A stretch of 64,000 nt of DNA from Eledone cirrhosa. Taxonomy: Eukaryota. Below, piece by piece: positions 1 to 17,886 of the stretch; within the stretch, counting starts at the first letter, position 1; each line of letters starts with the position of its first letter. A program made the translations under genes and the position numbers. The stretch is taken from NCBI GenBank assembly GCA_964016885.1, contig OZ024751.1:8742001-8806000 (forward strand), written 5' to 3'. The notes below the pieces were generated by a model. That model saw only the letters and a program-made list of their open reading frames with translations, was not told the DNA's origin and did no database searches.

Positions 1-1837
1 AAATCAATATATATATATATAAATATATATATGAGCCGCCTTCTTCGTAAAATGGGAAGAACCATCTCAAACCTTCAGATTCATGACACGTCAAAACGTA
101 GCCACACATCTCTCCACCTAAGTTAACTTTTGAAATTCCTGCACACGTGAAATCAGTATGGTAATTATTGATAAATCTTCTTAAATACTCCAATTGCATT
201 TCAAACTTCTTTTTCATTTGTGTACGTGTTCACACACGTATTGAACGTATTGACCGTGTTTCCTCGTGTAAGAAGTCTTTATATCGTATTGAAGTAGTCT
301 TTATTATCTTCTGTATGAGAGTAGCCGTTAATGCATATTATATGGAAGTAATGTTTACTATTTGGGGTAGGCTTTAAAGTATAATGTATAGATATCGGTT
401 TTAATGTTTAGTGTATAGGAGAAAGCTTTACAGTAACGTTTATTGAATAAATTGTTATGATATAGTGTATGGGCATTAACACAAAGTGTATGAGTATAGG
501 ATATTTAGTATATAGTGTGTGGTTTCATGTTGAATATGGAAATAGGTCTTTATTTATTTCTTGAAATCGTAGTGGGGACATTCTTATACATCGTTCAGGA
601 ACAGTATAATCTTTTGCTGTGGATTTGAATTACCAAGATTTCACTTCTGAAGTTCCAGCTAGTTTTCAAGAATGTCTCTTTTTTTTTAGTTTTTTAGTTA
701 ATCTCATATACAATCCGATTACCAGGAAACCTTAAATTTAATAACAATAAACGCTTTCTGAAAAACAAGAAATAAGATAAATTTGAAAACCAATTACGTA
801 TTTTTTTTCAAAAAAGTTCTGAATCTTACAGGAAAACTTATTAACAAAGTATTTTCCTCGTTTTACAAATTGAATTGATTTTATTTAAATAATTTCTTCT
901 GTCAAATTATTCCTATATTTCTATGTTTTTTTTTTTTTAGTTTCTTTCAAAATCATTAATCTTGTATCCTTGAAATACTTAGTCCTGGAGATATGAGTGA
1001 ATTTTCGAAAATATCTTGGAAATTCCGAGAGAAAAATAATCAATATATTTTTTATTTCATTTATATTTTTGTCAACACACGTTTTCAATTTTTACGTAAT
1101 TAGCGTTTCTGCCGTAGTTTCATGACAAATATAAAACGGTGTGTGTGCGTATGTACATGTGTGGTTTTGCGTGCGTATTCATGCGTGTGCGTTTTTGTGT
1201 GTGCTTGTGCTTGTGTATGAATGCGTGTGCTTGTTTGTGTGTATGTATGTGCGTACAAATTGGTGGATCATGAATAAAAGACATCTGTTTCTTCGAGATT
1301 TTCTATGGCTTTGTTAATATTCGGTTTATGATTAGCTGGCAAGAGAACCATCAAAAACAACGGCTCATTCGTATCAAAAAGAAGATTATAATAGGGAAAG
1401 TTGTTCAAATTTCATCCCAGGAAATTAAAAATCTCTGATGTCACAAATCCCATTGAAGTACATAAATTACTCTTATTGCATTACTTTTATAATTTTCATA
1501 CAAATATAAATTGTTTCTTTTTAACTACACTTTCATATTAAGCTAAACATATTCCTATTCTCATATGTACAAGGCATTTTCTTCTTCCAAGTATTTCACA
1601 AAGGTTGGCCTAGACGTTTCATTAACAGCTTTACAGCATTTCTTTTGCGTGATTATTGAATTTCAACATCTTACAGAAAAACAAAAAACAGATTTTACTG
1701 GATACCATTCACTAACACTGCATGAAATCCTTCACACCAAAATACACATCTGCATAAAATTAATCATTACACATTTACTCTTTTCTTCTTTGCTGCTTCG
1801 ATTTTATATTGATTGAGGCCTTCATGTCTTATCCTAC

Positions 1838-2319
<482 letters not shown>

Positions 2320-4009
2320 TGAGTGTGTGTGGTACTGTGTGTGATTTGTTGTTGTTAGGTCTTTTACTCAGTCTAGAAATATCATAAAAGGAGGATCAGA
2401 ATTATTCTGCTGCTCGAACTTTGTAATATTAAAACGGAATTAATTATCAAAGCAAAGATCTACCACTTATTCGCATTAAAGATTTCTTAATAATAGTTTA
2501 TTTTTACAATATTCCACACTACGCTAAAAGTAGCGCAAAGATTAGTTATTTGGTCTTACCTTTGATGTAACATATACTGAAAATTTCAAAACTCATCTCA
2601 CAACAAACCAATTGTTTGCCAATAACTTTCATCAATACTGTTGCCTTATAATGAATCAAGTCATTGTTTTTTCCCCTAATGAATTACTATATTGAAGATT
2701 CAGTTTTCTGCGTTGAACTTATAGAAAGAATATACAGCTGTATTTCAAAATTCAATTATCTCCTCGGTGTATTATATTGAACCAAAGAAATATATATTTC
2801 CATTGGTGAGAACATTGAAAGCCATTGTTCTTCGAACGAATTCATAGGAGATATTTTTCTGCCCCAAGTTTATGTTACTTCTTTGTGATTGACGTCAAGT
2901 TTGATACCAATTAATTACTAATTAGCAGAATTAATTAGTAATTAAAGGTCTGTACAAACCACCGCTATGTTTGCCCAAATGCAATATAACATGACATTAG
3001 CATGGCATGATATTTACATAGAGGCAAGAGTTATACCCTGCAATTATGCAAGCTGTCGTGACGAAAATGAATATGTTATTTTCAAATAATTAGAAGACAA
3101 TAATTTCAGGCCATATTAATTGGGAATATCCCGCAGTGAGTGTATTTTACTATGTTTTTGGCAATATTAGGAAAACATGACCCTCCCCTCCACATATATG
3201 ACAATATTCCGCATAAATAAACCATAATACACGTGTGACTATTACAGAAGGGACGGCAAATTTAACACTATCAGGTTTGAACTGTGAACGTGTCGGTCAA
3301 AATAATATCATGTAATTGATGGTAGAATTAATGAGCATTAAGATTATTCATGTTATATTAACTGAAGATGTTAGATATCCTTTTAGTGTGGAATAGCATG
3401 TAATGTTGATGTGGATCCTTCCAGAGATTTGTCACAATGTACATTTCAACTCTTCTGTTTAAATAACCAAGTCACAACGTTAGAAATAGAGAATATTTTA
3501 ATTGAATTTGATATTTGTTGCTTTCGGAACATTTTCAAAGCAACAGAGCATTGTATGTCATCTTCCCCTTTGCACACATTTCCGAACGAAGACACGTGAT
3601 TTCTTACTGCGTGTAGGATTACGTCGGAGTCGTATAGTTATAGAATACAGAGAAATCAGTTATTTACAGATACAACTGACTTGCATTCACACTAGAACAG
3701 CAGATATACTTATATACACTCTACTACCATACACACAATCATCTCTCTCGATGTGAATAAAATAAACTGACAGAAGCAACGAAACCAGAACACAATGAGA
3801 TTAAGTTTTATTCAAATAGATTATAGGGACATCCAATTTTTAGTGTTGTACAGTAATTCCCAAAAGAAGACTGGAATCGCTATTAGAAGATATTATTTTG
3901 TTATTTTCTTTCATTTTTATTTTACTTCACACATTTAATTGTTGTTACAAGTATGAGAAAGAGCCGAGAGGAATATAGATAGTTAAATACAATAATAGTA
4001 AGATAGAGA

Positions 4010-4155
<146 letters not shown>

Positions 4156-5939
4156 GTAAGAGACTTAGATATATAGATGAGATATGAGTTTAAGATAGAT
4201 AGAGTGAGGGTGAAAAAAAGAGGTAGATAATGGTGAATTGAGAGTGGATGACGAATGGGTAAAACCGGAGAAAGAAATAAAGAGAGACCAGGGAGAATAA
4301 GCTCTTTTAGGGAGTGAATGAGAGATGGTTGATATGAGACAAGGAGATAATAACGAAACAAAATAACGATAGTGTTTCAATAATTATACTCGTGTTATTG
4401 ATTTAAAGAATAACAAAGTGTTGCCCATTTAGTTGTATTTGGCTCAGTAAACACGTGTCTAGTGATAAGTTTCTTCTGATAAATAAATTCTTTCTCGAGT
4501 ATTACAACTATAATGCGTCTTTTGAATTTTCTAGACCTCATTATGAGTAAACTGAACTTTGATTTAGAATAATTTAAATCCCACTATTTGTTTATATAAG
4601 GTATGTTCTTTATATTTTATCTCTTTGTTTTCAACTAGGTTTTATCAAAAGGAATATTTAAGTAAAGTTATGTAACTGTTAATAAAAATAAGCCTTAGTG
4701 CAAACGTGAAAGTATCCTACGCATATATGCATATATTTAAAAGTGTGTCTAGAGCTACAGAGGAAATGTTATCAGTATACCATTAACGTGAACATTACAG
4801 AATTTGTGTATACATTAATCTAAAGATACTTAAATCACTGCAGATTTTTTTTTATTTTGATGGACGGGTAAACAGTGAAAAATAATCTATGATTCTTTTG
4901 CACATAAAAAATAGAGACACACACACGCACACGCATACATACACACAAACAAACATGTATACATGCATTCATAAATACAAACATACATACACATATACAT
5001 ACACACATACGCACATACATAGGCACACGCACACGTGCACACATACACACACATACACAGAATCTCACACACGTAAACATAAAAACAGACAGTTAAACAC
5101 ACACTCACGCACAACAAATGCTACAATGTCTCAAAGAAGTTTAAATAATTACAATTAATTACAATTAATCAAATTTAGGTTGTATTGGCAAGGGATAATT
5201 TTTTTAAACCATGTAATGACAACAGCGAAATTATTTACCTACAATTAACAGAATATTGTCTAACATTTAATGTGAGTCATTATAATGCTACTAAAAGGCA
5301 TAGTATGCATATGAGTGAACACTGAGTGGCTTTATAACACCGCACAACGAAAAGAGGAAAATATGGCCATTGCAGAATAAAATAAAAAAATATTTAATTC
5401 CAGTTAAGAACATTTTTCTCATGAAGGAAAACAGACCATGACAAAATGGCAATCGATATTATTTTAAATAGCTATATCAATTATTATGTGTTTGTTTTTC
5501 TGATAAAATATGTATCCTCTCTGGATCATAATGTGTAGTATGTATGGGGACAATAACATCAATGAATTGTTCTAATAAACTTATTAAGGACTGGCGTCCG
5601 AAACGTTAAAACCCTCTTCCTGTTATATCAAGCGTTAACCTAATATATCCCTTCGATATACTGTACCGATTGTGTTGTTATTTCTTGTACATACACACAT
5701 ATATATATATATATTGTGATATATAATTGTGTGTGTGTGTGTGTGTATGTTTGTGTGTCTGTGTGAGTGTGTGTTTGTGTGTGTGTGCGTGCGTGCGTGT
5801 GTGTGTGGGGGGTGAGATACATATTATAGGAAAGTAGACAACGCAATATAACTACATTACCAAAATTTTCAGAACCCTAGACATTATTATCTTACGTCTA
5901 GTTCGCTCATCACGTGATATGTTTTCAAATATATATATA

Positions 5940-6271
5940 TATATGAGAAAAAGGAATATTTAATTTGCTGGTAATTCAACGAATATATATATTCAACAAT
6001 ATATATAACTGATTCGAAGCAGTCGACAGGTTTTCTGGAGTATAATATCAATGATATTAATAAATGGAAACTATATTTATAAAACCATATTTATTCTATC
6101 CAGGGAAAACTTGAATATTTAAGATCTCCTTCCTGGATGTGTCAATATTTATGAAACAAATTTTGTATTTTATCTGATGAGTGCGTACGTACAAAAGTTT
6201 TCGTATCCTTGAAATAAATGTAATAGAATAAATATGGGTTCAAAAATACAGTTTCCATTTATTAATATCAT

Positions 6272-6275
<4 letters not shown>
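5940..6275. mobile_element. HHR-bearing PLE terminal-repeat-like fragment with inverted arms
   Basis: About 6046-6098 is the reverse complement of about 6222-6275; homologous to 42290-42520; flanked by (TA)n. Confidence 0.65.
6167..6229 (+). ncRNA. Minimal type I hammerhead ribozyme
   Basis: attttat-CTGATGA-stem II-GAAA-taaatg-TA-atagaat; stem I attttat/atagaat; stem II imperfect. Confidence 0.65.
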
Positions 6276-6340
<65 letters not shown>

Positions 6341-6506
6341 GTATATTTATAATATATATTGTTATACTGTGGGAGGGTCATGTTGCCAATAAGAAACACA
6401 CGCACCATGTTTCATTTCAATTTATTATAATAAATTTATAAATTTAGGAATTTATAAATTTCCGGTTGGTTGGTTGGTTCCACAACCAGATGGTTGTGTA
6501 TATATT

Positions 6507-6549
6507 GTCAAAGTTCTTTCGTCACACATTCTGTGCACTCTTCAGTGAC
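6507..6549 (-). ncRNA. Minimal hammerhead ribozyme in PLE terminal repeat
   Basis: Minus strand: gtca-CTGAAGA-gtgcacagaatgtgtgac-GAAA-gaac-TT-tgac. Confidence 0.7.
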
Positions 6550-6751
6550 TGGGGGTTCTTTTCTTTGTTTTTCGTGCCTCTCCTTTGTTCTGTCCTACGT
6601 CATCTTGTTTTTGTGTATGTGTTGTGTGCTTAGTTTGCGCATGTGTTACATCCGGGTGTCTGTGTGTGTTTATATTCGTTTATTTATTTGCTTATTTACA
6701 TGATACTGGTTGGTTGTTTGTTCTATGTGCGTGTGTGTTTTCATTTTGTCC

Positions 6752-7112
6752 TTAATTGTAAGTTGTGATGTTGCTGTTCCACTCATGTTTTCTATTTAAT
6801 TTTGGTTGTAATTCATTTATGTTTATTGCCTCTGTGATTTGTCTAAACATTGCGTCTTTTCTGTGTGTAGATTCTATTTTTATTTCTATGTTCTCTAATT
6901 TACCCTTATGTTCTATTTTAGCATGTTGGTAGAGTACAGATGATTCTTTACTATCTTGAAGGTTTCGTCGGTGTTCATTTATCCGTTCCTCTATACTACG
7001 AGCTGTCTCACCTATGTACACTATATTTTTATCTCTACATTGTCCTTCAGTACATCTTATGCTATATACTACATTTCTAGTTTTACAATTTATATGTGGG
7101 CTTAATTTACAG
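6752..7112 (-). pseudogene. PLE GIY-YIG endonuclease domain
   Basis: CKTRNVVYSIRC..C..YIGETARSIEERINEH..EA..I..LNRKHEW. Confidence 0.88.
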
Positions 7113-7113
7113 A

Positions 7114-8493
7114 TTATACATTTCGGGACACGTTTCTCATCACCCGTACCAAATCCGCAATCAGTATGTTGATTTTGGTATGGTCCGAAACAGCTGAGTT
7201 TCGGTGTGTCAGATATTTGGAAGTCATGGCTTTGGCATAATGGGAATGGAGGATTTGTTTTTTGTTATTAATGGTATCTAACCAGAGCTCTGTGTCTAGT
7301 ACAGGTAATCGATGTTTGGGGTGTTTGTTTAGGTAGTCTATAGTAACTCTAATACTCTGGTGGATGGAGTTAGCTATTTGCTGGATGCTTTCCATTGAGT
7401 TTTTCTCTAATTCCTAACTGTTCTCTAGTGGGGGTGTTTTAACTACGATGTTTATATCATCAACGTAGCGGGAGTACATTATCAGGGTTAAGGGGTCTTC
7501 TAATTGTTCTTTAAGTTTAAGTTTAAGTCTACTGTCCCACCATACCATGAACAAGTTAGCTGTGTCGCCTGCAATGCTAACACCAATGGCTGCTCCCTCC
7601 TCATGGGCATATGTTTTTCCATTAAATTTGAACATATGTTCCTTAAGGGCTAATTTTATGCTGGCCCCTACCGCATGTGCAATCATTTTCTTTAGTTCAT
7701 CGTGGTTTTCGGGGGTCCGTATGGCTCTGGTCCACCCGTTCCATCTATCTGTGTGGGTTTTCTTGGCCATTGAGGTAATGGTAGGTGGTCTGCCTGTTGC
7801 TGGTCTTGTAGGGCACAGGTTGCTAAGGTCATATGTGTCTAGATAATTATTACTATAGGTAAGTTTAAGTAGGAGTCCCAGCTCACTGGTATCAATCCCA
7901 CGGAATTCAACATTGCTCTCACTGATCATTTCTGCGCATTTCTCCACGGCAAAATCCACATCAATAGATGGATACAGGGAGACAACATCCATATTACCTA
8001 TTATGCAGTTTGCTAGGTCCCTTGATCGGTTACTCTCGCCGATTCTGCTGAGGAGGTCCTCCGTGCTGTCACATACATATGGGCACATTTCAATGATGGG
8101 GCGTATGATCAGGTCGGGGAAGTAGGACAGTCTGTAGTTACTAGCAATGTTAGCTCCACAGACTGGCCGCGTTGGTTGTCCCGTGACAGGGTCACTGCTC
8201 GTTTTATGGTCTTTTCGAAGCCCATACAACGCTGGCACGTCATTGTTCCAGGTCTGGAAGTTGTTGGCAGTCCTTTTGTTGGGCTGCATTATATTCGTCC
8301 ACATCACCATATGGGCATTGAGGGCTTTTTCTCTATCCTCATGCTCTTGTGGTGTTACTTCTCTTGTGTTAGTGATGTGGGGTTGCATTGCCTGGATGTA
8401 GTTTGGCAGACTGTCAACCGACATTCTGCCAGACTTGTCTGTTGGAAAGCATGCTATCTCTCCATTACGCGAGCGCTGCATGAGCTTACGCAA
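7114..8493 (-). pseudogene. PLE reverse transcriptase (frameshifted, with an internal deletion before the endonuclease)
   Basis: TDKSG, KDHK..RPV, DVVSLYPSI, GAAIG..A..ANLFM, RYVDD, LPVLD motifs. Confidence 0.9.
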
Positions 8494-9022
8494 GCCATCT
8501 GCAGATTTTTATCCCATTCTATTATGCTTCTTGCTATACTGTTCTATAATATTTCTAAGTTTAGATCTAGCTATACTAAATTGTGATTCTGTTTGTTCAT
8601 CGACCTGCGACGGCATTTGCGTGCGTTTGTTAAAAGCTAAAGTCGTGGCGTGAACTCGTCGCAGGTCGAACGACTTATCGGAGGGATTATAAAAAGTAGA
8701 GTTCCCGGCTGCTGCTTTATGTGTACTTGTGCTATTGTTATTGTTAGTTGTGTTGTTTCTATTTCTATTTCCACCAACAGCCTCATGGTTTTTTCTGTGT
8801 CTCTCATTATTAATCCTGTCTCTTTCCTCTGGCTCATTGTTATTATCTACTCTATTTTGTGTGTCTGTGTGTTCGTCTTGGTTATTTTCTCTGTCCATAG
8901 TCTCCCTCCTCCTTTCAATCCTATTACCTTCCTTTATTTCTGTGCTACTGTAAATTACCTGTTTTCTGTGTCTGTGTGTTTGTTAAGATTTGGGTGGTGG
9001 GGAGAGGCATTGAATGTGTGTG

Positions 9023-9054
<32 letters not shown>

Positions 9055-10906
9055 CGTGTGTGCTGTTTTTGCTGTGTGTTGTTGTTGTTGTCTCCGTGTA
9101 TGTTATTATTGTTGTGTGTATTGTTATTGTTGTTTGTGTCTGCGTGTCTGTTGTTGTTTCTGAGTATGTTATTATTGTTGATGTGTGTGTTTTTGTTATT
9201 GTTGTTTGTGTCTGTGTGTCTGTTGTTGTTGGGATGTGTGTTGTATATGTGTGTGCGTATGTTGTTACTTTTGGTTTTTGTTTTTGTTTTTGAGGCTCCA
9301 ACGTAATTTTGTAAATGATTTTTCTATTTCTGACAAGCATCTAATCATATCTACCTTATTGAATGTGGCATACTTAGGCGGCAGTTGTAATACAGATAAT
9401 TCATCAGAGTCGACGGTAGTGTTGCCGTATATATTTGTGTTGTTGTTGTTGAATTCATCTGTTAATGAGATGTCGGCCATGTTTATACCGTCAAATTTGT
9501 CGGGATATCTATTGATATTCTCTAAAGTATCTTGCTTTAGTTTTATCTGTTTAAGCCACTTTAGTTTCTTGTTAAAGTGCTTGTGACATTCTTGAACAAT
9601 GTACTGTTCTTCAGGACGTATAAGGTTTATAAATATTAGTTTTTCTCTTGGTGTGGGGATCTTAGTTATTTCTTGTATTAGGTTACGCTTATATTTTCTT
9701 GATGACTTAATTCTCTATAAATCTTTTTTTATGTTTAGAATCAGTGTTCGTTTTAGCCTATCTGCTTGCGTTTTGGTGAGCTGTAATCTTCTTACATCGG
9801 TGTTGATGGTGTTGGTGCAAATTCGGGATGAGGCACATTCTTTCATGAAGTGTAGTTGTCGAGATGTTATTGTTTTTCGTAGACAACATATCATGGTGTT
9901 TTTCTGTATCTTGTTAGCCTGGCTAAGGCTTACGATATTTCGTTTCTGAATTTGTTTAGCAAGATTCTTTATCTGAAAACGCGTGTTGAAACCGATATTG
10001 TTATACTTTGAGAGGGTCATGTTGCCAATAAGAAATACACGCACCAGTTGATTTCACTTCAATTTATTATAATAAATTTATAAATTTAGGAATTTATAAA
10101 GTTCCGGGGGTTCTTTTCTTTGTTATTTGTGCCTCTCCTTTGTTCTGTCATACGCCATCTTGTTTTTGTGTGTTGTGTGCTTAGTTTGCGCATGTGTTAC
10201 ATCTGGGTGTCTGTGTGTGTTTATATTCGTTTATTTATTTGTTTATTTACATGTTACTGGTTGGTTGTTTGTTCTATGTGCGTGTGTGTTTTCATTTTGT
10301 CCTTAATTGTAAGTTGTGATGTTGCTGTTCCACTCGTGTTTTCTATTTACTTTGGTTGTAATTCATTTATGTTTATTGCCTCTGTGATTTGTCTAAACAT
10401 TGCGACTTTTCCGTGTGTAGATTCAAGTTTTTATTTCTATGTTCTCTAATTTACCCTCATGTTCTATTTGTGCATCTCGGTAGAGTACAGATGATTCTTT
10501 ACTATCTTGAAGGTCTCGCCAGTGTTCATTTATCCGTTCCCCTATTCTACGAGCTGTCTCACCTATGTACACTATATTTTTATCTCTACATTGTCCTTCA
10601 GTACATCTTATGCTATATACTACATTTCTAGTTTTACAATTTATATGGGGGATTAATTTACAGATTATACATTTCTTATCTATACAGGGAGGTCTTTGAA
10701 AAGGGTATGTCTTGCTAATACGTGTTTTTATGGGGGTACCTGGTCTTTCTACTATCTTAATATTGAGTTTATGTTTATCTATGCCCTTCTAAATTTGTAA
10801 GCTAATTCACCTCTAGGGGTTGTATCGATGAACATTACACCCTGGTATTTATTGCTATCATACCACGATTTTATTATATATTATATATAAATATCATATA
10901 TATATA

Positions 10907-10954
<48 letters not shown>

Positions 10955-11169
10955 GTGAGGTTTTTTTTTACAAAATGAAAAATAACCGAGGTGTCCTACA
11001 CAAGTGAAAGTTTAAAGAAAAAGAAATGTGAGAAAAAAAAACAGATCCTCCATCTCAACTCACCTTTTGAGAAGCAGAAGAACTGCGAAACCGGTAAAGG
11101 AAACAAATAAATATATGTATTTAAACAAAAAAAAATAAGACTCCAGTTGCATTTTCGATTTCATCTCTT

Positions 11170-13140
<1,971 letters not shown>

Positions 13141-13823
13141 GTGTACGATAAACACGAAATGTGTTTACATTGCAACAGACAAAGTTAGCTATTAATGAAA
13201 TAAACTAATAAAAGTGAATACAATTTGTCTGTCTCGATATAAGTCAATAAAGACAATATTATATTGGCAACTGCCATGATTCCTGGACATATTTAAATTT
13301 CAAAATTCAAACCTGTTCTGTAGACGAATTTGAATCTCGAAACCCAAATAAGTTTCGCAACGGTGGAATGTGAATTGAAAAATAAAGAGAATCGAAATGG
13401 AATAGAAATAAAAGAGTGAAATACCCAAATCTTCTGTGCTTATCAACAGGAATCCAGTAAGATTAGTCTATATCACATCAAAAATTTTGCAGGACTGACT
13501 ACACGTGGGTAGGCAAGCCAAAACTAGCTATCCCACATTCACGGTGCTAGAAATAACAGCCGCTTATGCAGGATTAAGGATCAGCTTTTACAACAAAGGA
13601 GCAATACATTATATTATATTTTGAGAATAAACTCTCAGTCGTTTACAATAATTAAGCTCATATATATACATTTTTCCATATCATATATGTTTCTCATTTA
13701 TATATATTGTATATATGCATATAATGTATATATAATATATAATTATGCATATCATATATACACAATATATATATATATATATATATATATCATATATATA
13801 TTATAAATATACATATCATATAT

Positions 13824-14640
13824 ATATATGAAAGACGTAAAATAAGAAAATTTTAAAAATTAAAAATTAACTTACTTACTAAAATTTTCACTCCAACTAA
13901 TTACTTTCTGTAATGGGATAAAGATACTTACACAATGTAACCATCGAGAATTCATTACGTCATCAGGGAGTCTATTGTCAGCTAAGTCCCCAGGCAATGC
14001 GCGGACACTAGGGACTCATATAAAAATAATAATTCGGTGGATGGAACAGCTAGCGGGGACTGATTTCCATAGCACTGAAAAAGTTCACTGTCTCTGTTCA
14101 AGTGGCAGATTCTAAAGAATCAATCACGTGACACTGAGGCTAGTCAGTAGGAGTGGGATGGTATTATGACAAGAGACTACTACCACTACAATGAATTAGC
14201 AGTGGATTTGGCAAGTTTGCTCAACAAATAAATAATTTTGAGATAAATATAGAGAATTAGTATATTTACCAACATATGCGTACAGATGTACACTAATGCT
14301 AGCAAATACATAAGTTATGTCATAGTACCTAGGTGGTTCTATGCAGGGAGATGCAGAACAATTATATGAAAGACGTAAAATAAGAAAATATTGACGTAAT
14401 GAATTCTCGATGGTTACATTGCGTAACTATCTTTATCCCATTACAGGAACTAATTAGTTGGAGTGAAAATTTTAGTAAGTTAATTTTTAATTTTTAAAAT
14501 TTTCATATTTTACGTCTTTCATATAATTGTTCTGCATCTCCCTGCATAGAACCACCTAGGTACTATGACATAAATTATGTATTTGCTAGCATTAGTGTAC
14601 ATCTGTACGCATATGTGGGTAAATATACTAATTCTCTATA
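13824..14640. mobile_element. About 540-bp non-coding HHR-bearing unit (just over one copy, minus strand) plus inverted plus-strand arm 14392-14640
   Basis: atatgaaagacgtaaaataagaaaat recurs at about 13826 and 14365; 14392-14640 is reverse complementary to unit sequence; sits within (TA)n. Confidence 0.8.
13890..13971 (-). ncRNA. Type I hammerhead ribozyme with long stem II
   Basis: Minus strand: actcc-CTGATGA-cgtaatg...cattaca-GAAA-gtaattag-TT-ggagt; the second copy has palindromic ctaattag. Confidence 0.72.
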
Positions 14641-14642
14641 TC

Positions 14643-15971
<1,329 letters not shown>

Positions 15972-16820
15972 TTCTCCATCTCTATTAATAACAATATTCC
16001 TAAATTATTTTTTAGTGCCTTAAATAAATGCTTCCCTCCCTCACATATCTATAGTAAAATATTTAACAAACACACCATCAAATTTTCGTATTCTACATCC
16101 TCCAATATTTCCAACATCATCTCTAAACACAACAACAAAATATTAAATACTAAATCTCTTCCTTCCAATATTGAATTTCATAATAACAGTAATAGTACTC
16201 CCGACGTCATTGTAAACCCTAGGCTAACTTCTGTAAACCCAAATACAACGTCAAACACAACTTCGCTAAATGTTCATAATCCAACTCTAAATCAAGAAAC
16301 TATTATTCCTATTATTCCTATCGCAAACAACTTCTCCAATCCAATTCCTTCTATAGATAACACTAGATCACTCATTAATAATCTCTCTAATTGCAACTGC
16401 CGCATTAAAAATAAATGTCCTCTCAACAACCATTGCCTCGATAAAAACTTAATTTATGAATGTAAAATTATAACTAGCACCAATTCCTTCACCTATTTTG
16501 GCTCCACTTCCACCTCTTTTAAAGCTCGTCTCTATAATCATCATTCATCTTTCAAATACAAACTTAAAAGAACTAACACTGCTCTCTCAGAACTCATATG
16601 GTCCTTAAAAGACAAAAACATTAAATATAACATCTTTTGGAAAAAGATTTCTTCTGCATCCTCATACTTGAACAGCTCTCTATCTAAAATCTGTAATCTC
16701 TGCCTAAATGAAAAATTTACCATTATCTCTAACCTAGAATCTATAATAAATAGACGCTCAGATTTGTTTTCTATCTGCCTGCATAAATTCCATAGAACTT
16801 TTCACAAAGTATACACTTAA
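15972..16820 (+). pseudogene. 5'-truncated PLE ORF (thumb, linker, GIY-YIG; Naiad-like), 282 open codons with no start
   Basis: Manual translation: KCFPPSHIYSKIFNKHTIKFSYS...NCNCRIKNKCPLNNHCLDKNLIY..TYFGSTSTSFKARLYNH..CNLCLNEK..INRRSDLFSICLH*; absent from the ORF track. Confidence 0.88.
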
Positions 16821-17817
16821 TATTCAATTCTTTATCAATTTAGAATCTTTTCTCAAAGGCACATATACATACACCTCTTTAAAATATACCCATCTACCTT
16901 ACTTTAAAGGGCATTATACACTCTATAATACTTGTTTACTCATTACCCTCATTCTATCTTCTCGTAAAATAATAACATTTTGTTTTTGACATTTTGAATA
17001 TTCATCCACAATCATTATTATTTTTTCTCTCTATCATAAATCTTTTTAATCTCAATTTTATCCTTAATTTATTATTATTTTTTTCTCCCCATCAACGAAC
17101 TCATTATTAATACATATCAATTCAATATACAAACTTTAACTTCACATTATTTTTCTCAAATCCTTCTACACTTCTCAAATCCTTCTACCTTAACAATTTT
17201 TCTCTTCGCTAATTTTGAAATTGCCACAATACATACATTTCTTCTTTTGACGTTAGAATATTCACCCACAATTATTATTTTTTTCTCTCTATCTTCATAC
17301 ATAATTTCCCTTCGTTAATTTTCAAATTCCTTTAATTTATACATTATCTTCCAACGGTTCCCAACCTCTCTATATTAAAACAATATATCTTTTTCTCAGT
17401 TATAAAAACTATCTCTTTCTCTCTATCACCCATCTCTCCCTCTCCACCTTCACTCTCATCTCCTCCTCCCTTTTTTTCATCCTTTCCACCCCACCCTCCC
17501 TAAATAAAATATTTTTTCCTCGCACATATCCTCCCTTCGCTAATTTTCAAAATTTTTAATTTATACAGTATCTTCCAACGGTTTTCAACCCCTCTATGTA
17601 AAAAATATATCTCCTCTCAGTTATAAAAACTATCTCTTTCTCTCTATCACCCATCTCTCCCTCTCATCTCCTTCCCTTTTCATCCTTCCCCCCCCCTCTC
17701 TCTAAATAAAATATTTTTCCCAATATCACACATCAATCTAAAACCACTTTTCATATGTTGATTTAAAACTGCACTATCAACAAGTGTTTTTTTTTAGCCT
17801 TCATATCATGTTCTCCT

Positions 17818-17886
17818 GTTTTATCTGATGAAAACACAAATATTATTGCTTGATGATGTTTGTTTTTGAAATGCGCATAATAAAAT
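17818..17886 (+). ncRNA. Type I hammerhead ribozyme downstream of PLE ORF
   Basis: gttttat-CTGATGA-long stem II-GAAA-tgcgca-TA-ataaaat; palindromic atgcgcat stem III. Confidence 0.85.

Larger units (their letters stand above)
6355..10870 (-). mobile_element. Penelope-like retroelement (Cys-rich linker, C-terminal GIY-YIG; Neptune-like), partial tandem with pseudo-LTR, decayed
   Basis: RT and GIY-YIG ORF pieces; 6355-7120 is repeated at about 9998-10675; (TA)n on both sides. Confidence 0.9.

Noticed and set aside
2540-2600. Possible 17-nt micro-exon on the minus strand (ttttcag..aag|gtaag)
   Set aside because: Splice-like motifs only; no other exon support
5575-5615. ggac-tggc-gtcc-GAAA-cgt-TA hammerhead half
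   Set aside because: CUGANGA and stem I not recoverable
16388-16820. Selenocysteine-type Naiad
   Set aside because: No in-frame TGA at the Cys positions in this fragment or in the 19230-19290 motif
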